Part shown: positions 26,206 to 38,374 of the stretch, piece after piece
Numbering within the stretch: the first letter of the stretch is position 1
Layout: every line of letters starts with the position of its first letter
Source: Macrostomum lignano
Taxonomy: Eukaryota
DNA: 64,000 nt
Reading direction: 5' to 3'
Assembly: GCA_002269645.1 (NCBI GenBank)
Contig: NIVC01000929.1
Location: forward strand, 24,717-88,716
Translations under genes and position numbers: made by a program
The notes under the pieces: generated by a model
Database searches by the model: none
The model's input: only the letters and a program-made list of their open reading frames with translations
What the model was told of the DNA's origin: nothing

Positions 26206-29200
26206 TCCGCAGTATAGAGAGTGAAAAAGTAGAACAACTGAAAACAGTGAAAATATAGGAAGTAAAAACAGCATAAAAGGCTTCATTATTAAGTATGGCC
26301 ACAAAAATACCACACGGCGTATAAATATAATGTATTTTTTATGCGCAAGTGCGCTGTAACTGCCTGCTGCCACTTTGCGCAATAAAGACTCGCAGTTCAA
26401 AATATTTTTTAATGTTTTCGCTTTGCATTAAAATAAATAGCTTAACAGTCAACACAAAAGGGAGTGCAAAAATGCTGATGAAAGTGATAAAACTTTACTT
26501 TGATAACTTTTTTAATAGGAAAATTTACTATTTTTCGACTCGGGAAACGCACTTAATTTCGTTCACCGCGGAGTTCAGCGGCAGTCATTCAACACCGGAA
26601 TTTAACAAAAAACGTTCTCCTGCAGTTCAGGAGCAACGCGCAACGCTGAAATTTTATGCGCACGTCGAAATCTGCCTATATTTTTCTTTGAAATATTGCA
26701 TGACAGGTTTTCAGCTCTCTGGAAGGATTTATTGGGTTCACCGCCGGTTTCACCCCCCCCCCAAAAAAAATAACAAAAATCGCCCTCCTGATGTCCAGGG
26801 GCAACGCGCAGAGCCAAAAATCTAGGCGCATCTCTAGTTTTACTTGCGCTATCGATTATATATATTTTTAAGCCTTAAAAATAAAGTTAAAAATCCGGTG
26901 AACCCAAGTGCCGGTGAATTCAGTAGTTAGTCCTGGTGGGTTCCGGTTAATTCGTTCGTTTCAACCGTTCAAATCGGCGCGGTTTCGACGATTCAAACAA
27001 ACTTAAGCCGATACGGGAAACTTCAAAATAAGCTAATTTGTCGAGAGTGTTACTAATAGTAGTAGTTAGCTGCCACCACCACGGTTACACGCGGGAAAAG
27101 CTCTAAAGCTCAAAACTAGCTCGAGTTTGCTCTAGGACTTCTCTTGAGACCGCTCAAGAGAGGTTCAAATAAAGCTTCCGAGGTCACGAAGGCTAAGACA
27201 CCGTTTCAACACAAGATTAAATTGGCTGGCGTATTGAAGGGCAAGAAACTGAATACATATTATTATTGTACCAACACGGAATTCGAGCACGCAACTATAA
27301 GCAAGTTCGCTATTGTCAAATTAGTAGCAACTTAAATTGATGGGTTGGACGAGGAGCTGGTCGGATCGGGATGCTGGGCTTGCAGGTAGGGTCCCTCGTA
27401 TTTGGGCTGCAAAAGAGTCTGCTAAGGTCCTAACGGTCGGGGTAGGGTCCAAACGAGAGTCTAGCCGGCAGAGGAGGGGCGCAGACTCCTAAATACGCTC
27501 TCATGAGCCACCGAGAAGAAAGGGGGGTTTACCCCGGGTGGGACAGGAGAGACACACAGCGGAAAAGGGGGCGGTACACCGGGCGGTAACGACAAAACAC
27601 CAGCGGGTACAGGCAGCGGGAAGAAAGGTTACATTAAGAGTAAAATTTCGATGACGTCAGGATGGCGAAAATACCGAGTGAGTAATTCCGCACAGTGACA
27701 TACATCGGGTGGGGCGGACAAGTGGCGGCCTCGCCTGCCACAGTTTCCTCTGTACGGCAAATGTGGTCGTTGTTTCTTATAAACATTTTCTTAAACAACA
27801 AGTAATTTTTTTTGGTATTGTTTTGACTTCTAAGAGAAGCGTTAAGAAAATAAACCATTATTCCAGTTTAACTGTCAAAAAAACATGCACATCTACTTTT
27901 TGCCCTCTGACGAAATGACCAAAGACTGTTTGACGAAAAGGCTTTTGACGAAAATGTTTACGAAGAAAAGTCCTGTAAAGGATAACAAAAGCAACGTATA
28001 TACAGGACGCGACACTCACGTTTCATTGAGAAAGTTTTGAAGGCCACTTTTCGCCGAAAAATACACTACGGAGATTAAGAACTCTGTGTCCATTTTTGAT
28101 TCTACGTACATTTACACGTACAAAAAAATTACAAAAATGCATGACACAGCTCAAATCTTTAGTTTTATGAATCTATTTTAACATCTCTGTTATGATGAGG
28201 ACGCACTTTTTTTTCCAAATATCACGCTCGCACATGGGTTCCAAACTTGGACATTTTGCTTTCTTTTGTGTAATTTTCCTAGTATTCACACAAGTAGGAT
28301 TTCTGTAGCTATATAATTTTGCCATACATGTAGTCATTTTAGCATAGGCGCGGTTTTTTGCTATTTTTGGGGTCATAAATCATAGCTTGTAGGCGTGTCT
28401 GACATCCACCTGCGCCTCACTCAGTGTTGTTGAAGCTGGCGCCAGATGGTCTGAGAAGATGCGGGCCGTTGGCCTTTTTCTTTTTCTTTTTTTGACAGGC
28501 CATCAGATTTATGAGGTCAGGGCCCGTTGTTCATGTTCACTCAAGCGTTGGACAGCCCTGACAGCTATGCGTTTTACTCCTAAAAGTACTTTGGGATTAG
28601 CGATTAGCGATTTCTCTTCACTATCTTCACTTTCTACTTAATAAGAGCTTTCTAATGTATATTTTTTCAATAATTTTTGTAATTCCTACGCGAAAGGTCA
28701 TAAATCATAATGTAGCGATTTTTAGTGATTTATGACAACACCTGGCGTATTTTTATGGCCCCGAGGGAACTGATAGGATCTTTTGGTCACGTGAGCTTGG
28801 GTGGTGACAAGCTCAGCCAATCAGAAAATTCGATGTCAGTTATAACAAATCGGCTCAGTCAATCAGCGTTGAGGTGTTCCATTTTAACAAATTGCGGCTC
28901 CCATCCCGGAGTCACGACCGTCGTCTCTTGATCCTCGGATTGCGAAAACTCCCCTCATCATCAAGGACGTCCCCCGGTCGAAGCATCGAGGTTAAGAGCA
29001 TCACCTGCTAGCTATCTGCAGCGATTGTAACAGCATCATCCCGGGCCTACAGCTGCGAAGCACTAAGCCGATTCGGTCACTGTGGATTACCTGGTCTCCG
29101 GCTGTTGAGTTTCTGATTGATTGGGTGAGAGGCTACCTAGAATTGCTTGATTGAGTGTTTCCTTATCTGTCCCCTATTTCAGTAGCTGGATTAGGCGCTA

Positions 29201-30489
29201 ACTTTTGCTCATTTTGTCCAGTAGTGCTGTTATTGAGGCAGAAATCATTCAACTGTTAGTAGTCTAATTACTCCGATTCAATCTGAAGTGAGAAGTGATT
29301 TAGTGAGGTTAAACCTGGCAGTTATTTTTATCGGTTTTATTTCTTTGTTTGCCGATGGCTCAGATGAGGAGCTAAGCTAGTAGGCGCCGGTCTCAGTGGA
29401 CCAATGGCAAGGCAGTTCTCAGTCGATCAATTTATCAAATCAATATTTGCCAAATATTTATTAATATTTCGTTAACTATTGGCGAATTCGCCAATAGTGC
29501 AAAATCGGCGCTAGAGATGTACTTCTGTGCACTCTAAATTCGCCAAGCGGCTCGGGTAATGAATCATGCGATCTCTGAAGTTTGAGTTAGTCTATCATCA
29601 GCGCTACGAGAGGCTGGTTAGCACGTTGAAGGCCAGAAGTACAATCCCTCGTATTTAGCAATGTAATAGTACATGTAGCTACCCCATAGTCTCGCCACTG
29701 CAAGAATCCCCTGCACAAGTCCCCTCTGTACCTGCATGGCCAATGCGATCTAGTCCCAGCAGTGTCCCTTATCATCGGCTTTGACTTCGAGATTGACAGC
29801 AAAAAGACACTAGTTGACAGGTAAGTGCTAAGCCCCTTTTATAGTCGGAAGCCCGATTTCGAAAGTTCCAGTTTGGTGAGCCAGAACGCACGGGCTGGTG
29901 GCAGCGAGTTAGTTAATCTGCGGATTGGCTGATCTCTACCTTCAAAATTCTCCCTGCTTGTCTCTCGTTGTCCCTCTCTTAGCTATAGGACCTAGACTGC
30001 TCGCCACAGATCAAGCTACATTGGTGCTGACAATCTGACAGGAGTGGGGGGCGGCCAGGACTCCAATTGATTCATTTCTGAGACCTGAGGCCCGGAGGCT
30101 TTTCCAAAGCCGAAAAGGCCGAAACCCATCAGTTACATATTTTGTTACATAGTCTGCTACAAATGACAAAATAGATTCATAAAACCAATGTTTGTTGCCC
30201 AGCAAAAATACATTTTTATAATATTGTCATAATGTGAGAAAATTCGGGGCGTCAATGTCGAAAATTCCGGGCTCTGTGTTGTCACATACAAGAAGTTTTA
30301 AGTGTTTATGGCCATTCTTTCTCCTCATTTGTCAATTTAGGACCATAGACATGTAGGCATAGGTATTTATGGGCTTAGATTCACTGTAAAAGGAAAAAGA
30401 ACGTCAGGATAAATTTTAATTTGTTAGCATGCTCTTACCACGCTTCAAACATGATCAATCACTTAATCAATTATTCATATTTGCCTGGA

Positions 30490-31748
30490 GAAGTTGTATC
30501 TGGTATTTCGACCGAAGAGCTGGCCTGGATTTCAGCGGAGTCAAACTGCCGGTATTTGGAGGAATTGAGCAAGGAATTCGCGGACAAGGTCGAGTCAGAA
30601 GAGATTCTCGACATTCCAGACGACGTGATTGAAGAGCTAAATGAGCTAGAACGCGATGGTATACCCGATTCTTCTGCTCGACAGATGGAGGACAATATAC
30701 GAGCGTAGACTGTTTAAAGAGATTTCTGGAAGATAACAAGCTGTCAACTGATATCTATTACTAATTCCAAAGTCTATTTTGGCTAATTATCTGCGCTTCT
30801 TCTATTCGAGACTAAGAACAAAGGACAATCTGTACTATGCTCCAGCAAGTCTGATCTGCATTCGAGCAGGACTGCATCGCTTTTTCTGTCTAAACCGCCC
30901 GGATATTAATATTATTGCGGACATTGCCTTTGCCAGCGCCAATCGGATGCTGGTATCAATGGTGCGGAAGTACAAGCTGGCTAATCAGCCTAAATCTCGA
31001 GAGGGATTCGCTGCGATTGAGAAGAGTGATCTACAGAAGATTACGAGCTATAAATTATTTTGACAGGTCTAATGGAGTCGTACTGCAAGACGAGGTCATG
31101 TTTCATCTAATTTACTACTTTGGATTGCGTGGACGAGAAACTTTACCAACTCTAACTAAAGAAAGCTTCGCGTTTCTACAAGATTCTGAGGGGCGTGAAT
31201 ATGTCGCCCTGAATCATGACCTTCTGAGTAAGAACTCAAGGGCATCTCTGAAGAAGACCGAATTACAGGATACTAAACAAGCACACATGTACTGTGAGCC
31301 TAAAAATAGGATGTACCTTCAGTGCCTAAACAATCTTAAAATCGAGTTGCTTTTTTCAAAGCCGTGTGTCAACGTTTCGAAAAGTATATTGGATAAGCGC
31401 TGGTACTGTGGCTCCCGTACGGTTGGCAAGAACACGATAGATCAACTGATGAGTCGACTTTCAACTAAACTGGGTCTCTCTAAGCGATACACGAATCATT
31501 GCATTCGTGTAACGCACGTTACTGTTGTGAAGGAGCATGGATTTTCGAATTCCGCGTTTGCTTGTAGCACTGGTCACAAAAACCCAGAGAGTCTAGAACG
31601 ATACTCAAGGATTAGGAGAGACGCCGACTTTAGAGCTATGTCCGAAGCCCTGTCCGTTGACGCTAGTACATCGACCGTGTGCGTTAAGCGTGTGGGCTCT
31701 ACCGGTGTAATGTCAATCAAGGAATCAGTAGGTACTGTTGTACTTTGA
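30490..31748 (+). mobile_element. Crypton-type tyrosine recombinase (DUF3504/KCTD1-ZMYM-like), frameshifted
   Basis: LRFFYSRLRTKD..YAPASLICIRAGLHRF; LQDEVMFHLIYYFGLRGRE (catalytic R); YTNHCIRVT (HxxR); TGHK (H); LERYS (Y). The frame breaks near 30705-30780 and 31050. Element ends were not found. Confidence 0.82.
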
Positions 31749-32397
31749 GGCAGCGTGGCCAAATGAAAAAGATGCGAGAAGCGATTGCAGGGTAGAAAAA
31801 GTCACAAAGGCTTGAAAGGCCGGTGCGCACTTATATTATAGTTAAACTACTAACCAGCATGATTCAGCAGACATCAAACCCCACACCCGGCCTAGACCGG
31901 TCTGGGCAGACAGACAAACCCCCCAGCCAATCAGAACGCAAGAACCCTAACCGGCGTACAAGCCGCATACACAACAGGTACCTGCGAAGTTCATCAAGCT
32001 GAAGGCCAACCTGATACGCCTTTGCCCGTTTCAACGATTAGTGTCAATTTTTCTGGCACATTTTAAAATTGTACGTTCGATTTTAAAGGCCTGAATAACT
32101 AGCGGACCCAATGTCTGATAATGAATAATTTGGCGCGTTAACGGCAACTCAACTGACTAACTGTTGACTAACTTGTCTTTTAAAACCACATTGTATGTGC
32201 ATGTTTTGTTCTGTTGCTTTGTTTGTTTTCCGTCTACTGAAATAAAAATGTCATCGACAATTCGATGCAGGAATGCTACATTGATGCCCTGAAAATGTAG
32301 GAATATGCCCTAAAAAATTATGACAATGACCACAGACAATTTTGTGCAGCAGAGTTGCTGAATCCAATTTTACGAAGCTCTTATCAGTCTACCACTG

Positions 32398-32665
32398 ATA
32401 TATTCCTGCACGGTCACGAGTGCGGGAATGACATCTGCACGAGTGCGCGCTAGCGCACGAGTACACGATGTCCTTCACGCACGAGTGAACGTGAAGGAAT
32501 TCCATTGTCGGATGATTCATCGTGCAGGAATGCACAAAACCGTGCAGGAATGCATTTCTGCGCCTAATGCTTTTTCAGTGAGATTTTACCATAGACATCC
32601 ATTCCTGCACGCAAAAGAGTGCAAGAATGCCATTCTTGCATGGAAAATCAGCCGACAATGGTAAG
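32398..32665. repeat. Module of repeated ATTC(C/T)TGCACG / CGTGCA(G/A)GAAT motifs left of the Harbinger genes, flanked by a 26-bp direct repeat
   Basis: Motif recurs in both orientations. ACGAAGCTCTTATCAGTCTACCACTG occurs at 32372-32397 and 32666-32691. Confidence 0.6.
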
Positions 32666-32806
32666 ACGAAGCTCTTATCAGTCTACCACTGGTAAGAAGT
32701 CATAGATAAAATCAAGCAAATTTTGATCCACCTTCGAAGCAGGATAAAATTGGCCAACTAATTGGCCGACACATTTGAGGCTGGATAGAAACAAGTAATA
32801 AAAGTC

Positions 32807-33865
32807 ATGGACCTTCTGCAATTGTGGAATGTCAATGATCAAGAACCTGTTCATCGTGCAGAGAGAGTCTTCGTCCAAAGGATGTTCTTCGAGGACGACA
32901 GGGATTTTGTGCAGCGCTTCCGTTTGAACAGAAATACGTTTGAAGAGCTGGAACACCTGGTCGGACCCGTTCTTCAGCAACAAACGAATCGTAGCTTCGC
33001 CTTGACACCGACTCAGAAAATACTGACAGCGTTACGTTTCTACGTTACAAACTCGTTTTACCATTTGATCAGGGATGCGCATGGACCGACTGAGGCAACT
33101 GTTTGTCAGGTTGTAAAGCGTGTCACTTGGGCCATTAATGATACACTGTTTCAAGATGTCGTGCGCTGGCCCCAGCAAGGTGTGGACAATCTGGCAGTGG
33201 AATTTTTCCAGCTTGGTGTCATGCCTGGCATCTGTGGCGCCGTAGATGGAACATTGATTAATATTCACACCCCACATGAGAACGAGGCTCAGTTCGTGGA
33301 CAGAAAGGGTGGACATTCACTCAACGTCATGGTTGTCTGCGGACCGAAGCACCAACTTTTCTACGTGAATTCTTCGTGGCCAGGTAGCGTGAACGACGCA
33401 CGTGTGCTACGAAACTCCAATCTGTTTACTAGTTTCGAGCGACACGGCTTCCGCTTTTTTCCTGGGTGTGTCCTGCTTGGTGACTCAATCTATCCCTGCC
33501 TTCAGTGGTTGATTCCCCCTGTTCTGCGAAACAACTTGACTCAGGCAGAGATTCGGTTCTACTCAGCTCATAGCCGCACACGCAGCATCGTCGAAAGGGC
33601 CATTGGCTTGCTAAAAATCCGATTTTTATGTCTGCGCATATTAAGAGTCAAGGGATCCGCGTACGCCAGTGAAATCGTTAAAGCTTGTTCAGTGCTGCAC
33701 AACTTATGCAATGTACACGAGGGTGCCATCAATGACGGTGCAGTTCTGCAGTATTTTGCGGAAATTGAGAACGTCGCGATTGGTGTGGATGGCGTTCAGC
33801 AGGACTTAACGCGCCGCGATCAACTCGTTGCCTTTTTTCAAAGAAGTTATTCTCAGGAACAATAG
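32807..33865 (+). CDS. PIF/Harbinger DDE transposase (HARBI1-like), intact 352 aa
   Basis: FRLNRNTF, GAVDGTLI (D), RKGGHSLNV, WPGSVNDARV, LLGDSIY (D), RSIVERAIGLLKIRF (E), ACSVLHN. Confidence 0.95.
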   Translation: MDLLQLWNVNDQEPVHRAERVFVQRMFFEDDRDFVQRFRLNRNTFEELEHLVGPVLQQQTNRSFALTPTQKILTALRFYVTNSFYHLIRDAHGPTEATVCQVVKRVTWAINDTLFQDVVRWPQQGVDNLAVEFFQLGVMPGICGAVDGTLINIHTPHENEAQFVDRKGGHSLNVMVVCGPKHQLFYVNSSWPGSVNDARVLRNSNLFTSFERHGFRFFPGCVLLGDSIYPCLQWLIPPVLRNNLTQAEIRFYSAHSRTRSIVERAIGLLKIRFLCLRILRVKGSAYASEIVKACSVLHNLCNVHEGAINDGAVLQYFAEIENVAIGVDGVQQDLTRRDQLVAFFQRSYSQEQ

Positions 33866-33883
33866 GTGCTGATATTTATTTAA

Positions 33884-33990
33884 TATATTATTATTATTAT
33901 TATTATTATCATTATTATTATTATTATTATTATTATCATTATTATTATTATTATTATTATTATCATTATCATTAATATTATTATTATTCA
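33884..33990. repeat. (TAT)n microsatellite between the convergent Harbinger genes
   Basis: Directly visible. Confidence 0.95.
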
Positions 33991-34044
33991 ATATTTATTC
34001 ACTCGATCAAGTTGCTGACACGTTGTCTTCTTGTTGAAGCTTGT

Positions 34045-34480
34045 TTATGGCTCAAACGCAGACGGAGCACTGTGCGAGATGCTCGACGCGCTAGCTGATG
34101 TGCCGGCACAGGACGGAGTATCTTTGAGCACGGTGCTCTCAGTGACTTGCTGACCTTGTGTCACTGGTGATTCTTTGCCTATGATCTTTAAGACAATCTC
34201 GTCTACGTCAGCTAGCTCAGGTGCTTTACCTCCAGCGGCGCCAGTCTGCTTACTGTTGTCGACTTTCTTCAAAGTCGCGCTCCGCAGGTTCTTCCACGTC
34301 ACGTCACGGAGATGCTGCACGGTGGCCGCATCCGTGTACCCGATTGCGCGCAGCACCTCAATTATTTCCGACCACGCTTCCTTCGTCCGTCGGTTGCCAT
34401 CACTGATGTTGGTAAAGCTTTCAAACAAGGTTTTTTACGCTCTAAAATTTCGCGCAAACCAAGCGACAGCTTTTATCAGA
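34045..34480 (-). CDS. Myb/SANT-like DNA-binding partner of the Harbinger transposase, 5' end frameshifted
   Basis: LREILERKK/TLFESF...KEAWSEIIEVLRAIG...LRDVTWKNLR..KK..K.TG follows the Myb/SANT pattern. Convergent placement next to the transposase is typical of Harbingers. The frame breaks in an A6 run at ~34431. Confidence 0.75.
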
Positions 34481-35295
34481 ATATCGTAAAATCGAAAAAA
34501 TAAAGACTGATAAATTATTGGCTACCAGTGATTTTGTAGAGATCTCCAAACGCAGTAGACTACTAGAAGTTAGTAAGATAAAATTATGAATACAAATTTA
34601 AAAATAGCTACACGTCATACTCTATTTGTAGTAACCCAGTAACATCACGAAAACAGAGAGTGACTATCCTATTGTTCGAAAAACCGGTTTTCAACATCTA
34701 TTTTTAGAACTTCCAAATATGGTAAATGTTAACCTGAATGCGACCCAAGTCTCACCCTTTTCTAATCAAAAATCCCACCTGTCAAGTAATAAAATTCCTT
34801 TCTTGACCTCATCGAAAAACCGGTTTTGAGCTCAAGGTCGACTCAAGGCCGGCAAATTGTGTATAAATACAAACGCAAAATCCGAGCTGAAATCTCAGAC
34901 TCGGAGCAGCCTCCAAAGATCTTGGGCTTTACAAGAGCAGCCAAACGAGGCTATATCTCTGAGGAAGAGATAAACACCAATTGGTAAGCTTTGTTCAAGT
35001 CTTCGTTATTTTGATTATTGAGAGCGATTGTTATTGCCGGCCGTTACTGTTCAGTTGATTTTATGGAGTCTATTGAGTTTGAGGCCTCCCCTTTCCTAAG
35101 GGATTGGATAGGATCTGCGGACGGATTCCAATACTCTTAGAGGATTATCGAGTTATTGATTTTGGATTATCCTAGAGTAACCGATAGGAGCACACGACTC
35201 CGATTCCGTTATTTCTATAAGAAGAGGCCGTTTCTGGAGGACCTCGTCATTGTTAAAGAATTGAGTTTGTTAATAAGGGCGCATCGCTGATTCGA

Positions 35296-35411
35296 CACTC
35301 GAGGAATTATATTGATTTTGGCACTCGAGGAATTATATTAATTTTGGCACTCGAGGAATTATATTGATTTTGGGACTCGAGGAATTATATTGATTTTGGC
35401 ACGCGAGGAAT
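35296..35411. repeat. 26-bp tandem repeat x4.5 (CACTCGAGGAATTATATTGATTTTGG)
   Basis: Directly visible. Confidence 0.85.
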
Positions 35412-35726
35412 ACTTCGACGTCTAAGGATTAAGTTCTTACGCTCTTACGTTTGGCCGATTTTAGAATTCAAGAAGACTATTCCGGAGGAAGAAGCCTTGA
35501 AGAAACGAGCTCGGAGAACCTGCCCGACAAAGAAGAGGAGCCCGCACCGGTAAGTGATCACTGAATTTTGTTCCCAGGCTTAACGTCTGGAAGTGGGAGT
35601 TTGTGCGTCTAGACACTAGATTTAATTCTCTCTCTCTTCTATTTCTCTCTCTCTTTCCCTCTCTCTCTCTAGTGTGCTTAAGCGAACTCTTCAATTTCTC
35701 ACCACAGGTTATTCTTATTTGATCCA

Positions 35727-36019
35727 GCGTGCAAGAATGCTTTGGAAGTCGCCATATGCGTGCAGAAATGCAAGTGTCTATGGTAAAAACACCTTGAATT
35801 TACATGTGCACTCCGTGCAGGAATTTCAATCGTGCAAGAATGTAATGCGCAATGTTTCTATATTTAGCATAACAGCCATAGACTACAAGCACGATCTTCT
35901 TTCCATCGTGCAAGAATGGAAGAATCTAGCACGCTGACGAGTGCGTCAATGGCTGAAACACGTGTTACGCGCACTCGTGTTTCAGCCATTGACGCACAAG
36001 TCAAAGTGCTTGATTCCCG
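35727..36019. repeat. Second CGTGCA(G/A)GAAT-motif module, partly inverted relative to 32398-32665, ending in a perfect 22-bp hairpin
   Basis: Shares GTCTATGGTAAAA / TTTTACCATAGAC with the left module. Stem 35941-35962 pairs with 35976-35997. TTCTTATTTGATCCA occurs at 35712-35726 and 36020-36034. Confidence 0.6.
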
Positions 36020-36276
36020 TTCTTATTTGATCCAACATATGTGGCTAAAGTAGACAAGGGTGGAGCTGGGGTGTGGAGTTAGACTTTAACCATAGACAAA
36101 ATATGCGCGAGCTAGTCTGAACATTCTCAGCCGACTGGCAGCAGCTAGTGCACAGCATCAAACCAAGGACAACTTGAAAACTTGATTCAACACGCTACCT
36201 TTAACAGTCGAATTAAAAGTATTTTTTCATAGAAGCAGTCTAAATTCACTCCGAATCGTTACAGACTTGCAAGGAA

Positions 36277-38374
36277 ATGTTTTTGTCTCAGCTAGCCGAC
36301 AGAATATCGGTCAAGATCAGGTACCGCCAACTATTAATACTTACCATCGCTTCAATACTAAGCCTAGGCTTACTTTTAGCCTTTTGGCCAAGGAGCAGCG
36401 AGATTACGTGCGAACAGACGACGGGAGTACCGAAGCCAAGAAGACAGATGCCGCAATTGCCGTCTCCTGAATTCTACATCCAGAAGCTGAGAAGACAGAC
36501 ACCGCCTCGTGGTGACGAGTTCGATCCTCGGATAAATGAGACCGAGCTGAGAGCCACTATGAAACTGATATGGGCGTTTCTGGACCTGTGCGAGAAAAAC
36601 GAAATTCAGGTGATGCTGCTCGGAGGCACTCTGCTGGGCTCCTACCGGCATCACGGCTTCATTCCGTGGGATGACGACCTCGACCTGTTTCTCAAATGGG
36701 CCGACAACAAGAAGCTGTTAAAGGCATTTCAAGGGTATGATATCGTGATGAACATTTTAATTTATGAAAATGTGAGACTTTGCATTTAGGGATTAAGCTT
36801 AGCCTTCAGGCTCAATTATCACTATCACTATCAAGTATGAGATTCGAGTTTACGGCTCATGTTTTAATGAAGTCGGTAAAAGCGAAGAAAAAGTCCTTTA
36901 ATGGCTCCCACCATTCTGCAACGAGGAGGTTTGGTTTCTTAAGACTTCAGGTCAGATCGATTATGACTTCGCTAACTCGAGGACGTTCTTAAGTCGTCCT
37001 TATGGCATGCTAGGTACCTGGCTTAAGCGTAAAACTTCAAATGTATAAATAACAGGGGACGCTAGATTTCACGCGACTTGAACTTGAAGCGACTGATTTC
37101 TCGCAACTGGATTTAAAGCGACTGGATTTAGAGCGACTGGATTTGAGTTAGAGATATAGGTTTTTTCATTTAAGAGATTAAATTTATTTACGAGCTTTTA
37201 ACAGTCGCGTGAAATCCAGTCGTCGCTTGAATTCCAGGTTGTTCCAAATCCAGTCGCGCTAATGCTGTCGCGCGAAATCAAGTCGCTAGAAAGAAGTCGC
37301 TTCAGTTCCAGGTCGCGCAATTTCCAGTCGTGCTAGAGAAATTGACAAGTCTAGGCCTAGGGAATAAAGTTTTGTGACGTCAAGAGAGTTACAATAAAGT
37401 CTCGTACGCAAACAGAGTATTCGAGAAACGGCTCGACCTTTATTTGGTACGATATGAAGCCTCAGGGAAGTTGGTTGCATTATAGCTTGCGTCATGTCTC
37501 TGATGTCTCTATCTTCACGTCTTCTTTGAGTCTATATCTGACGTCTCTATGACGTCTCTATCTCTATCTCTATCTCTGTCTCTATCTCTATCTCATCATT
37601 AGGTAAGAACTTTTCCTCTACAGTATTGTATTGAAAAATTAGAAACTTAATCAGAGATTTTCTGTTCAAATTTATCACGGTTAGCATTATAAAATTTCAA
37701 ACCACACTTAAACAGGAAGTGAACCTCAATTTCGAACCCCACAAGTCACTTTGGCCGGCCATGTCAAATTCTTCTAAGGGATCTTTTGGTCTCGCAGTCC
37801 TCATGTTTCGCAGTCTATATTTTGGTTCTCTAATCTAAGCGGTGCTAATCTAAGCGTGCGCTTCTCGCACCACTTGATCTCCCTCAGACACCCGGATTTT
37901 AATCTGAAAGACGTCGGATTGTGGAAAGTTTCGCTTAAGTCTGCTTGTCTACACGTGGACGTGAGCGGCTGCTGGCCCTTCATCGACGTGGCATTCTACG
38001 AGGTGCAGGGCAGCTGGATGGTGCAAAAGTTCGGCAGCTTTTACGCGCCGACAAAGTACACGTTTCCGTTGCACAAGCGACCGTTCATGGGCCGCTGGGT
38101 GGACTCGCCGAGGGATACGGGAAAATTTCTTGCCTACTCGTACTATGGATCCTGGAGAACGGATTTGTGCACAACGTCCATGTATTCGCATAAATACGAA
38201 AAAATAATGTTTCCCCGAAAATACTCCCTAAGCTGCATCAAGCTCACAAAAACCTACCCGTTTGTCTTCCGTGTCCCGGACAGCGCACCGTGGTGTCGAG
38301 GCGTCATGGAGAGCCTGAGACTTCCAGACGGTGAACTGGTGTACACGGTGATGGTAGATGAGCCGGTGGCCTGA
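36277..38374 (+). CDS. LicD/fukutin-related nucleotidyltransferase, type II membrane protein: join(36277..36734,37888..38374)
   Basis: N-terminal signal anchor; LGGTLLGSYRHHGFIPWDDDLDL is the LicD motif. Phase-2 donor GG|GTATGA joins ctccctcag|A in frame to give WPFIDVAFY..FPLHKRPFMG..SPRD. Confidence 0.88.
37060..37330. repeat. MITE-like foldback of GCGACTGGATTT motifs in the LicD intron
   Basis: Left-half motifs are inverted in the right half; for example GATTTCACGCGACT pairs with AGTCGCGTGAAATC. Confidence 0.55.

Larger units (their letters stand above)
23675..26933. mobile_element. Non-autonomous long-TIR DNA element (Pack-MULE-like) with ~550-bp TIRs at 23675-24225 and 26385-26933
   Basis: Termini GGACTAACTACTGAATTCACCGG and CCGGTGAATTCAGTAGTTAGTCC. 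The TIRs are near-identical, giving duplicated ORFs on opposite strands. No transposase inside and no clean TSD found, so the superfamily is uncertain. Confidence 0.8.

Noticed and set aside
29386-29420. tRNA/SINE-like head (TGGACCAATGG, A-box-like)
   Set aside because: No B box or cloverleaf follows.
33806-33991. Poly-Asn ORF
   Set aside because: Translation of the (TAT)n microsatellite.
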